DNA of 41,786 nucleotides from Candidatus Hydrogenedentota bacterium (GCA_035364055.1 DAOSFV010000001.1:1-41786); one strand, 5' to 3'; shown: positions 1 through 7,910, counted from the first letter of the stretch. Program-made: numbers and translations. Notes: generated by a model not told the origin, from the letters alone.

Positions 1-1
1 C

Positions 2-1276
2 GGGGTGCTGGCGTCGCGGGGGGCGGCGGCGGCGGGGGGACGCCCGCGGAATTTCGTGGTGGTGTTCTGCGACGACCTGGGCTACGGGGACCTGGGATGC
101 TATGGGAACGGCCAGATCAAGACGCCGCGTCTGGACGCGCTGGCGGCGGCGGGGGTGCGGTTCACGGATTTCTGCAGCGCGGCGCCGGTGTGCTCGCCGT
201 CGCGGGCGGCGCTGCTGACGGGGCGGTATCCGGTGCGTTCGGGGATCACGCGGGTGCTGTTTCCGCAGTCGGAGAACGGGCTGCCCGAAAGCGAGCGGAC
301 GATTGCGGAGGTGCTGAAGGGGCGGGGCTACGCGACGGCGTGCATCGGGAAGTGGCATCTGGGGCATCTGCCGCCGTTTCTGCCGATGAACCACGGGTTT
401 GACTACTACTTCGGGCTGCCGTACAGCAACGACATGGAGAAGAACCAGCGGGGGGACCCGCCGCTGCCGCTGCTGCGGAACGGGGAGGTGGTGGAGCAGC
501 CGGCGGACCAGACGGCGCTGACGCGGCGGTACACGGAGGAGGCGGTGGCGTTCATTGAGCGGTCAAAGGACGGGCCGTTTTTCCTGTATGTGCCGCACAG
601 CATGCCGCATGTGCCGATCCACTGCGGGGAGGCGTTCCGGGGGAAGTCGGCGGGCGGGGCCTACGGGGACGTGATCGAGGAGATTGACTGGAGCGTGGGG
701 CGGATCGTGGACGCGCTGGCGGCGGCGGGGGTGGCCAAACACACGCTGGTGGTCTTCACAAGCGACAACGGCCCGTGGACGCATTACAAGGAGCACGGGG
801 GCAGCCCGGGGCCGCTGCGGGGGCAGAAGGGCACCACCTTCGAGGGGGGCATGCGGGAGCCGGGCATCTTTTACTGGCCGGGGCGGCTGACGCCGCGGGT
901 GGAGCCGGCCTTCGCCTCGACCCTGGACCTGCTGCCGACCTTCGCCGCGCTGGCGGGGGTAGACCTGCCGGAGGGGGTCACGCTGGACGGGCGCGACCTC
1001 ACGCCGCTGCTGCTGGAGGAGACGCCGCCGCCGGAGCGGGAGTTCTTCTACTTCCTCGCGGACGACCTGCAGGCGGTGCGGCGGGGCGACTGGAAGTACA
1101 AACGGCCGTTCAAGGGCAAGGTCTACGGCGAGCCGCTGGAGCACGGCGCGCTGCTGTTCAACCTGCGCGAGGACCCGGGCGAGCGGAACAATCTCGCGGA
1201 CGCGCACCCGGAGACGGTGGCGGCGCTCGAGGCGCGGCTGGCCGCCTTCGAGAAGACCGACTGGAGGACCCCGTGA
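2..1276 (+). CDS. Type I (formylglycine-dependent) arylsulfatase-family sulfatase, probably 5'-truncated by the window edge
   Basis: ORF 5..1276. It has the 'FVVVFCDDLGYGDLGCYGN' start of the sulfatase core and the C-x-P-x-R FGly signature 'CSPSRAALLTGRYP' (TGC at 191). It also has the 'GKWHLG' and 'FTSDNGP' blocks. The frame is open back to nt 2 and only ~15 aa precede the core, so the signal peptide and true start are likely upstream of the window. Confidence 0.9.
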   Translation, partial: GVLASRGAAAAGGRPRNFVVVFCDDLGYGDLGCYGNGQIKTPRLDALAAAGVRFTDFCSAAPVCSPSRAALLTGRYPVRSGITRVLFPQSENGLPESERTIAEVLKGRGYATACIGKWHLGHLPPFLPMNHGFDYYFGLPYSNDMEKNQRGDPPLPLLRNGEVVEQPADQTALTRRYTEEAVAFIERSKDGPFFLYVPHSMPHVPIHCGEAFRGKSAGGAYGDVIEEIDWSVGRIVDALAAAGVAKHTLVVFTSDNGPWTHYKEHGGSPGPLRGQKGTTFEGGMREPGIFYWPGRLTPRVEPAFASTLDLLPTFAALAGVDLPEGVTLDGRDLTPLLLEETPPPEREFFYFLADDLQAVRRGDWKYKRPFKGKVYGEPLEHGALLFNLREDPGERNNLADAHPETVAALEARLAAFEKTDWRTP

Positions 1277-2283
1277 GCTCGCCCGCGCGCCGGATTCCGG
1301 GCGGCCTGCTGGCCGCCGCCGCGCTCCTCCTGTGTTCGGGCATGTTCTGCCGCGCCTGCGCCGCCGGCCCCGAACCCGGCGGCGGCGCGCTGGCCGGGGA
1401 GCGGCCCCGCGTGCTGGTCTCGTCGGACATTGGCGGATCCGACCCGGACGACTTCCAGTCGGCGGTCCACCTGCTCTTCTACGCCGACGAGCTCGACATC
1501 GAGGGGCTGGTGGCGTCGCCGCCGGGGGAGGGCCGCGCCGCCCACTGGCACGAGGTGATCGCCGCCTACGCGGAGGACTACCCCCGCCTGCGGCGGCACT
1601 GCCCCCGCTACCCCGCGCCAGACGCCCTGCGCGCGCTGGTGCGGCAGGGCGCGGTGGACCCCGCGCCTCCGGAGGGGTTCAGCGCACCGACCGACGGGTC
1701 CCAGCTGCTGGTGGAGCGTGCCCGCGCCGAAGACCCGCGCCCGCTGTGGGTGCTCGTGTGGGGGTCCATCACCGACGTGGCCCAGGCGGTCCACGACGCC
1801 CCCGACATCGCGGACCGGATTCGCATCGTCTCCATCGGCTCTTGGAACACCAGCCAGGACCGCGCCGCGCGGGACTACCTCTTCCGTCAGCACCCCGGCC
1901 TGTGGTGGGTCGAGTCCGACAGCACCTTCCGGGGCATGTACGTCGGCGGCGACCAGGCGGGCGACCTGGAGAACCGGGCCTTTCTGGACGCCCACGCGCG
2001 GGGCCACGGCGCCCTGGGCGATTTCCTCGTGGGCAAAATGGACCACATCAAGATGGGCGACACGCCGTCGCTCCTGTACCTCCTCGCGGGGGATCCCGAC
2101 GACCCGGCGGGGCCGCACTGGGGCGGCAGTTTCCCGGCCACGGACCACGGTCCGCGGTATTGGACGGATTCGCCGGACCCGGCGCTGGCCGAGGGGCGCT
2201 ATCCCGGGGCCAAGACCGTCAACCGCTGGCGGGCCGCTTTTCTCCGCGACTGGGCGGCGCGTATGGACCGGGCGCGGGAGTAG
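1273..2283 (+). CDS. DUF1593-family secreted protein (nucleoside-hydrolase-like fold)
   Basis: This is the C-terminal part of ORF 775..2283. An in-frame GTG at 1273 overlaps the sulfatase TGA (GTGA). A hydrophobic signal 'GGLLAAAALLLCSGMF' follows. Next comes the hallmark block 'RVLVSSDIGGSDPDDFQSAVHLLFYADELDIEGLVAS'. The part of the ORF upstream of 1273 lies inside the sulfatase gene in another frame. Confidence 0.75.
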   Translation: MSSPARRIPGGLLAAAALLLCSGMFCRACAAGPEPGGGALAGERPRVLVSSDIGGSDPDDFQSAVHLLFYADELDIEGLVASPPGEGRAAHWHEVIAAYAEDYPRLRRHCPRYPAPDALRALVRQGAVDPAPPEGFSAPTDGSQLLVERARAEDPRPLWVLVWGSITDVAQAVHDAPDIADRIRIVSIGSWNTSQDRAARDYLFRQHPGLWWVESDSTFRGMYVGGDQAGDLENRAFLDAHARGHGALGDFLVGKMDHIKMGDTPSLLYLLAGDPDDPAGPHWGGSFPATDHGPRYWTDSPDPALAEGRYPGAKTVNRWRAAFLRDWAARMDRARE

Positions 2284-2370
2284 TTTTCCCCCGTCCATTC
2301 TGCGTGGCGCGGCGGCCGACCCCCACGGGTTGGATTTGTTGACAGACTGTCAATTTTCTTACCCTACATA

Positions 2371-2400
2371 TTGTATTTTTCCCGGACCCCGTGCTATATT
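2371..2400 (+). promoter_or_regulatory. Candidate sigma70-type promoter with extended -10 (TTGTAT-N18-TGC-TATATT)
   Basis: The AT-richer intergenic patch contains TGCTATATT at 2392-2400, with TTGTAT 18 nt upstream of the hexamer. A TTGACA also lies at 2339-2344. The site is ~60 nt upstream of the amidase start. Confidence 0.3.
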
Positions 2401-2460
2401 GTGTGGTGCGCGGCGGCTGCGGTGCCGCCGGTCACGCAAGATCATGAGGAGTCCGCCGGG

Positions 2461-4203
2461 TTGAAAGCCTATCTGCCGAGGCACATCGCGGGAATGCTGG
2501 CGCTGGGGGCGCTTCTCGCCGGGGGGGCCTGGGCAGACACGATCGTCCGCAAGGAACTCGACGCCGGGGTGTCGGCGGCGCTGCGGTCGGCGCGCATTCT
2601 CTACCTTGAAGCCTCGCTGCCGCGCGGCGACGCGCAGCTGGAGGCGTTTCTGAGGCGGTACCTTTCCTCGACGGAGGACTGGAAGCAGTACCGGAACCGC
2701 CAGATGGTGGCAATCCCCTCGGGTCGGGTGAGCGACGCGGCGCGGCGGCGGATGCTGGAGGCGCTGTTTCCCTCGGACTATGTGGATGGGGACGGGTGGT
2801 GGCACACGGTGACCTACGACGGGGCGTCGGGGACGGAGTCGCTGGCGGCGCTTTCGGAATGGCTGACGGGGGACGCGGCGCTGGTGGCGCGGATGCGCAC
2901 GACGCACGCGGAGATCACGCCGGACAGCCCGCTGGCGCGGGGGCAGCGGGTGCTGGTGCCGCGGGAGCTTTTGCTGCCCGCGATGCGGACGCCGTCCCCG
3001 GGGCATGAGCCGCCCGAGCCGCTGCCCGAGGCGGCGGGGTCGGTGCCGCCGCCGGCGGCCGACGGGGTGCTCCAGTACGGCGAGGACCGCCAGGGGCCCT
3101 ACGCGGAGTACCGGCTGCAGAAGGGGGAGACGCTTTACCGGACGGTGGCGCGGTTCACGGACTACTACGAGAACGCGGACATCCTGGAGGCGTGCGGGAC
3201 GATCCAGAAGCGCAGCGGGATCCGCGACGCGCGGAAGGCGTGCGCGGGCCAGCGGGTGCGCATCCCCCTGGAGATGCTTTCGGACCCGTACCAGCCGGCG
3301 GGCTCGGCGCAGCGGGGCAACTACGAGGCGGTGCGCGCGGAACTCGAGCGCGTGCGGTCGGAGAAGGTCACGTCGAGCGGGCTGGAGGGCGTGGTGGTGA
3401 TCCTGGACCCGGGGCACGGCGGGCGCGACCAGGGCGCGGCGGTGGCCAAGCTGGGGCTGTACGAGGACGAGCTGAACTACGACATCGCGTGCCGGATCAA
3501 GCGGCTGCTGGAGTCGCAGACGCGGGCGAAGGTGCACATGACGGTGCTGGACCCCAGCCAGAAGCACCGGGAGAGCGATGCGCGGCGCTTCACGCACGAC
3601 GACGACGAGGTGGTGCTGGTGACGCCGAACTACCGGATCGACGACGCGAAGGTGTCGGCCAACCTGCGGTGGTACCTGGCAAACGACCTGTACCGGCGCG
3701 CGCGGGAGGCGGGGGTGCCCGAGCGGAAGGTCATCTTCGCGTCGGTGCACTGCGACGCGATCTACAACGACTCAGTGCGGGGCACGATGGTGTATGTGCC
3801 GGGGGCGGACTACCGGCGGGACTCGGAAACCCCGGCGGGCAGCCTGTACCACCGCTACAAGGAGTCCAGCGGCGCGCGCACGGCGACCTGCACGGGGTCG
3901 CAGCGGCGCAAGGACGAGGCGCTCTCGCGCGACTTCGCCGAGACGTTCCTGCGGGCGCTGCGCGACAGCCGCACGCCCATCAAGGTGCACTCGGCGGGCA
4001 GCCCGGTGCGCAACGTGATCCGCCAGCGCGGCGGCCGGGCCTACGTGCCCGCCGTGCTGCGCAACTGCTGCGTCCCCACCAAGGTGCTGATCGAGGCGGC
4101 CAACATGCTGAACGCGCCGGACCAGGCGGCGCTGGCCGACCCGGCGTGGCGCGAGGCCTTCGCCGCGGCGTTTGTGGACGCCCTGATCCGCCACTACAAG
4201 TAG
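2461..4203 (+). CDS. N-acetylmuramoyl-L-alanine amidase (Amidase_3/AmiC-like) with N-terminal LysM-like repeats
   Basis: ORF 2371..4203. The Amidase_3 core reads 'VVVILDPGHGGRDQGA...YEDELNYDIACRIKRLL...FASVHCDA'. Two LysM-like segments are present: '...LARGQRVLVP' and 'YRLQKGETLYRTVARF...GQRVRIPLE'. The likely start is TTG 2461, 9 nt after GAGGAG, giving signal peptide 'KAYLPRHIAGMLALGALLAGGAWA'. ATG 2494 is an alternative start. Confidence 0.85.
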   Translation: MKAYLPRHIAGMLALGALLAGGAWADTIVRKELDAGVSAALRSARILYLEASLPRGDAQLEAFLRRYLSSTEDWKQYRNRQMVAIPSGRVSDAARRRMLEALFPSDYVDGDGWWHTVTYDGASGTESLAALSEWLTGDAALVARMRTTHAEITPDSPLARGQRVLVPRELLLPAMRTPSPGHEPPEPLPEAAGSVPPPAADGVLQYGEDRQGPYAEYRLQKGETLYRTVARFTDYYENADILEACGTIQKRSGIRDARKACAGQRVRIPLEMLSDPYQPAGSAQRGNYEAVRAELERVRSEKVTSSGLEGVVVILDPGHGGRDQGAAVAKLGLYEDELNYDIACRIKRLLESQTRAKVHMTVLDPSQKHRESDARRFTHDDDEVVLVTPNYRIDDAKVSANLRWYLANDLYRRAREAGVPERKVIFASVHCDAIYNDSVRGTMVYVPGADYRRDSETPAGSLYHRYKESSGARTATCTGSQRRKDEALSRDFAETFLRALRDSRTPIKVHSAGSPVRNVIRQRGGRAYVPAVLRNCCVPTKVLIEAANMLNAPDQAALADPAWREAFAAAFVDALIRHYK

Positions 4204-4244
4204 GCCGTGCCCGGGCGGGCCGAAAAAAAGCCGGGGGAAATCTA

Positions 4245-4274
4245 TTGACACTTTGGGGGGTGTTGTGCTAGTTT
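4245..4274 (+). promoter_or_regulatory. Candidate sigma70-type promoter (TTGACA-N18-TAGTTT with TGC extended -10)
   Basis: A consensus TTGACA lies at 4245-4250 and TGCTAGTTT at 4266-4274. Both are in the intergenic gap between the amidase and the next gene. Confidence 0.4.
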
Positions 4275-4392
4275 TTCAAGCGTGGCAGTGTGTGCATTCT
4301 GGACGCCGCGGGGGCGGCGCGTGACCGCGACCCCCCCGGCGGGTGCGCCCACGGGCCGGATTTCCGGCGAAACACAGGAAATGAGGATAGCC

Positions 4393-6075
4393 ATGAAACC
4401 GGTAACGCAACGTCTGGCCGCGACCCTCGCCGTCGTCCTCGCCCTCCCCCTGCTGCTTCCGGCGCCCGCGCGGGCCTGGGAGACCAAGTCCATGCAGGCC
4501 GTGGGCGCGATGGCCATGCAGATGCTCAAGGGCGACTACTCCGATGTGTTCCGCCCCGGGGGCGCGGTGGGCCCGAACTTCGAGAAGGACGTGCTCGCGG
4601 GGGCGCGCGACGGCTACCGGAAGCTCGGGGACGGGGTGCCGCTGGGCAGCGAGTCCGAGGTGGTGGAGGCCATCGCCAACGAGATCGCGCTGCTGCGGGC
4701 GGCGCGCAAGTACGGGCCGACGCCGTACTTCGCGTACCGCATGGGGCTGCTGGGCTCGCTCACGGCGAACGCCATGCTCCCCTTCGGCTTCGCGTTCACG
4801 GAGGAGGACAGGGCCCTCCGCCAGCGGATCGTGGCCGACATCGAGAAGAACATTGACGGGTACAGCTTCAGCCCGACCACGGGCAAGCTCCAGTTCCTGT
4901 GCGACGCCCAGGCCTACTTCCGGTCCCGGCAGTCCTTCATGGCGCAGGACAAGGCCATGATCAAGCACGACTACCAGCTCGGCCAGGGGTACCAGGGCTT
5001 CCTGCGGCAGGGCGGCCCGGCGTACTTCACGCGGAGCGTGGAGGCGGTGGCCGACGTGTGGAACACGGTGCTGAACACGGACTCGGTGTGCCCGTCGCCG
5101 CTGCCGCGGCCGTCGGACCGCGCGCTCACGTGGTACTTTGTCGGCGAGATCGAGTTCCTCGTGTCGGTCAAGGACAGTGTGCGCCTGGCGCAGCAGATCT
5201 ACGAGAACTTCGAGAAGGTGAACCCGCGGATTCCGGAGAGCTACGTGCGCGTGGGCGACATCTTCTACGCGCACGCCTCGCGCGAGGCCCGCGAGCGCGG
5301 CGTCCTCGAGTGGCAGAAGGCCTACAGCCTGGGCGGCCCCGGCCGCGCGGACGTGGGGAAGAAGCTCTCGGCGCACTTCATCACCGAGGGCCGCGTCTTC
5401 CTCGACAAGGCGGGCAAGCCGGGCGCGGAGGACACGGACCTTCCGAACGCGCTGAACGCCTTCGAGCGGGGCCTCGACTTTGACCGGACGAACGCCGAGG
5501 TGGCCACGCTGATCGAGGAGACCAACAAGGCGATCGTCGCGCGCAACGAGCGGCTGGAGACGACCATCAACATCATCGCGAACGGCGAGAAGATCCGCGC
5601 CGAGGCCGACAACTTCCGCGACCGGAAGGACTTCGCCAACGCCATCAAGACGTACCGCCAGGCCATCGGCTTCTTCGAGGCCGTGGACGACGAGTTCCGC
5701 GAGCAGTCCAACACGGCGAAGGAAAACGTCCGCCGCCTGCGCAAGTCCATCCAGGACGTGATCAGCGACATTCTGGACACGGCCAGCGCGGCGATCGACG
5801 AGGGCGACCGGGCCAAGGACTCCAACCGCTTCGACGACGCCATCGCCAAGTACGACACGGTGCCGACCATCGTCAGCGTGATCCCGGACGACGAGCGCCA
5901 GAGCGTGAAGGAGGACAAGGACAAGCTGGTCCAGCTCTCCGCCTCGAAGAAGGAGGAGGCCAAGGTGGCCAAGATCCGCTACGAGCAGGCCATGCAGGAG
6001 CAGGCCGCCGCCGCCACCGCCGCCCCCGGCGGGGCCGCCCCGGCGCCCGCACCCGCGCCCGCCCCGGCGCAGTAG
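4393..6075 (+). CDS. Secreted hypothetical protein: N-terminal helical domain, long C-terminal coiled-coil/TPR-like region, (Ala-Pro)n tail
   Basis: ORF 4282..6075. The ATG at 4393 lies 5 nt after GAGGA and gives the signal peptide 'MKPVTQRLAATLAVVLALPLLLPAPARA|WE'. ATG 4381 is an alternative. The C-terminal third is charged and heptad-like ('ETNKAIVARNERLETTINIIANGEKIRAEADNFRDRKDF...') and ends 'APAPAPAPAPAQ'. I recognise no family. Confidence 0.7.
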   Translation: MKPVTQRLAATLAVVLALPLLLPAPARAWETKSMQAVGAMAMQMLKGDYSDVFRPGGAVGPNFEKDVLAGARDGYRKLGDGVPLGSESEVVEAIANEIALLRAARKYGPTPYFAYRMGLLGSLTANAMLPFGFAFTEEDRALRQRIVADIEKNIDGYSFSPTTGKLQFLCDAQAYFRSRQSFMAQDKAMIKHDYQLGQGYQGFLRQGGPAYFTRSVEAVADVWNTVLNTDSVCPSPLPRPSDRALTWYFVGEIEFLVSVKDSVRLAQQIYENFEKVNPRIPESYVRVGDIFYAHASREARERGVLEWQKAYSLGGPGRADVGKKLSAHFITEGRVFLDKAGKPGAEDTDLPNALNAFERGLDFDRTNAEVATLIEETNKAIVARNERLETTINIIANGEKIRAEADNFRDRKDFANAIKTYRQAIGFFEAVDDEFREQSNTAKENVRRLRKSIQDVISDILDTASAAIDEGDRAKDSNRFDDAIAKYDTVPTIVSVIPDDERQSVKEDKDKLVQLSASKKEEAKVAKIRYEQAMQEQAAAATAAPGGAAPAPAPAPAPAQ

Positions 6076-6099
6076 GGCAACCCCTCCGGCCCGTTTTTC

Positions 6100-6136
6100 G
6101 GAGCCCGCAGCCCCCCGGCTGCGGGCTCCGCGTTTC
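6100..6136 (+). terminator. Rho-independent-type terminator hairpin
   Basis: A perfect 13-bp GC-rich stem pairs GGAGCCCGCAGCC (6100-6112) with GGCTGCGGGCTCC (6117-6129) around a CCCC loop. It is followed by GCGTTTCC, which is only a short T run. It starts 25 nt after the stop at 6075. Confidence 0.55.
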
Positions 6137-6144
6137 CGCCCACG

Positions 6145-6174
6145 GTGAACGCGGCGACCGGATCATGCTATGAT
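6145..6174 (+). promoter_or_regulatory. Candidate promoter with extended -10 (GTGAAC-N18-TGC-TATGAT)
   Basis: TGCTATGAT lies at 6166-6174, 53 nt upstream of ATG 6228. AAGGAG (6217-6222) lies 5 nt before that ATG. Confidence 0.4.
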
Positions 6175-6227
6175 TTGGCCCGTCAAAGGGGGGGCCGCCC
6201 CATACCGGAATCCGGCAAGGAGCATCC

Positions 6228-7154
6228 ATGAAATTCGTTCCCTCCCGCACAACGAAGAAGAAACTGTTTGACATCCAGCGCCGCGTGGTGGCGAACAAGA
6301 CGCTGGAGGGGTGGCGCGAGGCCCCCCATGCGGCGGTGCAGCTCGACCTGGACGTGGACGCGGTGCTGGACTGGCTGCGGCGCGCGAAGGAGAACCCCGC
6401 GTACACGGGGGTGCGTCTCACCCTGAACGCGGTGCTGCTGAAGCTGATCGCCAACGCCCTGCGCTTCGCCCCGGACCTGAACGCCCACATCTCGTACAGC
6501 CCCCTGGCCTCGGTCGGGTCCATCACCTGCTTCGAGGAGGTGAACATCGCGGTGCCCTTCCGCTCCACCGACAGCCGCATGATCACGCCGGTGGTGCGCG
6601 ACGTGGCGGCGAAATCCCTGGCGGCCGTCTGCTCGGCCATGGAGGACCTGGCGCGGCGGGCGGCGAACACGAATGTGGACCTGCTGCTGCGCAAGGCGGC
6701 GGTGGGCGACACGGTGCGGCGGTTGCTGATGTGCGACGTGCGCGTGCTCTGGCGGATCTACGCCAACTTCATCGGCCCCAGGCGCCTGCCCAGCGTGTCC
6801 CCGGAGGAGAAACGCCGGTGGGAGGCCACGCCGCCGGAGGAGCGGCTCACGCCGGAAAACCTCTTCAGCGCGACGGTGCTCGTTTCAAACATCGGCAGCA
6901 CCACGCCGCGCGACTGCCCCATCTCCGTGCCCCTGCTTGACCTGATCGAGCCCCAGACCACGGCCATCGGCCTGGGGTCCATCCGCAGGCAGCCCGTGGC
7001 GCGCCTGGTGGACGGCGAGGAGCGCGTCGTCGTGCGCAGCATCCTCCCCCTGACCATTGTGGCCGACCACCGCGCCCTGGACCTGGAGCACGGCCTCCCC
7101 TTCATCGAGAAGATCACCGAGTACTGCCTCGACCCCGTCCAGGCGCTGGAGTAG
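6228..7154 (+). CDS. Stand-alone 2-oxoacid dehydrogenase E2-type acyltransferase catalytic domain protein (no lipoyl or E3-binding domain)
   Basis: The protein is 308 aa. It matches the CAT-like E2 catalytic domain blocks: 'RLTLNAVLLKLIANALRFAPDLNA', 'VNIAVPF...MITPVVRDV', 'ATVLVSNIGS', 'TAIGLGSI' and the active-site block 'LPLTIVADHRALDLEHGLPFIEKITEYCLDP' (DHR present). Confidence 0.65.
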   Translation: MKFVPSRTTKKKLFDIQRRVVANKTLEGWREAPHAAVQLDLDVDAVLDWLRRAKENPAYTGVRLTLNAVLLKLIANALRFAPDLNAHISYSPLASVGSITCFEEVNIAVPFRSTDSRMITPVVRDVAAKSLAAVCSAMEDLARRAANTNVDLLLRKAAVGDTVRRLLMCDVRVLWRIYANFIGPRRLPSVSPEEKRRWEATPPEERLTPENLFSATVLVSNIGSTTPRDCPISVPLLDLIEPQTTAIGLGSIRRQPVARLVDGEERVVVRSILPLTIVADHRALDLEHGLPFIEKITEYCLDPVQALE

Positions 7155-7166
7155 TCTGACCACTCC

Positions 7167-7499
7167 TCAGCTCCCCGTGATGCCCTCAAGTTTCAAGATG
7201 AGTTCCGGAAGTTCGGCATTCACGGTCTGCCACACAAGCGTCATGTCCACGGCGCCCTACTCGTGAATGAGAAGATTGCGGAGTCCAACCATTTCCCGCC
7301 AGGGAAGGCCGGGGTGGGCGGATCGTGTCCGGTCAGACATTCTTCTGGCCGCCTCCCCCATGATTTCCAGACGGCGCGCGACAGCATCTTGAAGCTGCGT
7401 GTCGGAGACAAATCTCTCCAGGGAAACGCCCTCCAAATAGCGGACGGCCAGCCGAGCCGCCTCGAGAATGTCCAGCAGGTAGGTCCGGTCACGGTCCAT
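7167..7499 (-). pseudogene. hepT: HepT (DUF86/HEPN) toxin interrupted by an in-frame TAG at the Tyr of the Rx4HxY motif
   Basis: An ATG at 7499 gives 80 codons ending '...PWREMVGLRNLLIHE' followed by TAG (7257-7259). The same frame continues 'GAVDMTLVWQTVNAELPELILKLEGITGS' to TGA (7167-7169). The total is 110 codons, a normal HepT length. The start overlaps the mntA 3' end by 11 nt. Confidence 0.8.
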
Positions 7500-7797
7500 A
7501 CACCAGCTCCGCAGACGACAGAATGGACTCCCGCCGAAGGGGGTTGCCCGCAGCCTCAAGTCCGCGGCGGCTGACGATGTCCACCGGCCTTTCGAGAAGC
7601 ACGGCCAGCTCGTCCCGCATGCGCACCAGGTCGAAAAGGGTGCGGACCGCGCCGGGCGCAAACGAGACCAGCACGTCAACGTCGCTTTCCGGGTGAAAAT
7701 CATCCCGCAGCACGGACCCGAAAAGGGACATCTCCTCAACGTCCCATTTCCGGCAGAATGCCGCGATCCGCCCTTTGTCCAGCTCAAGGTTTTTCAT
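7489..7797 (-). CDS. mntA: MntA-type nucleotidyltransferase antitoxin (MNT domain)
   Basis: ORF 7489..7803. The minimal nucleotidyltransferase motif is 'LFGSVLRDDFHPESDVDVLV'. The protein is ~100 aa and sits immediately upstream of, and overlapping, the DUF86 gene. I prefer ATG 7797 over GTG 7803 as the start. Confidence 0.85.
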   Translation of the reverse strand: MKNLELDKGRIAAFCRKWDVEEMSLFGSVLRDDFHPESDVDVLVSFAPGAVRTLFDLVRMRDELAVLLERPVDIVSRRGLEAAGNPLRRESILSSAELVYGP

Positions 7798-7856
7798 GCT
7801 CACGATCCCAACGCGGGCCGTTCGCCGGCACCCGGCGCCGGTGGGCCCGCGCGTTG

Positions 7857-7885
7857 GTTATATACCCTGCGCGTTTCCGTTTCAA
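7857..7885 (-). promoter_or_regulatory. Candidate sigma70 promoter for mntA-hepT (TTGAAA-N17-TATAAC on minus strand)
   Basis: On the minus strand, TTGAAA spans 7885..7880 and TATAAC spans 7862..7857, with a 17-nt spacer. The site is ~55 nt upstream of the mntA start. Confidence 0.4.
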
Positions 7886-7910
7886 GTCGGCCGGGGTCCG
7901 CGCGAATATT

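Noticed and set aside
775-1272. The N-terminal 166 codons of ORF 775..2283, which would make a 502-aa protein.
   Set aside because: This part overlaps the sulfatase gene in another frame and is Gly/Ala/Arg-rich nonsense. The DUF1593 homology and a signal peptide begin only after the in-frame GTG at 1273.
4210-4237. Possible terminator after the amidase gene (CCCGG...A7...CCGGG).
   Set aside because: Only ~5 bp can pair, across a 15-nt loop, and the A/T run lies inside the loop rather than after the stem. It is not a convincing hairpin.
4471-4560. Zinc-dependent phospholipase C or S1/P1 nuclease-like protein, suggested by the predicted mature N-terminal Trp (ARA|WE).
   Set aside because: The family needs a constellation of His and Asp zinc ligands. 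The N-terminal domain here contains almost no His, so the Trp-first feature is probably coincidental.
7183-7200. CTCAAGTTTCAAGATGAG inside the hepT 3' remnant resembles the 21-bp palindrome CTCAAGTTTCAAATTTGAG at 38758-38776.
   Set aside because: The two differ in length and at several positions. The hepT segment is explained by the coding sequence ('ELILKLEG'), so this is most likely chance.
7500-7787. The N-terminal 96 codons of ORF 7257..7787 (-), giving a 176-aa protein.
   Set aside because: This part overlaps mntA in a different frame and has no HepT similarity. HepT-like sequence starts at the internal ATG 7499, the usual 3'-overlap arrangement with mntA.
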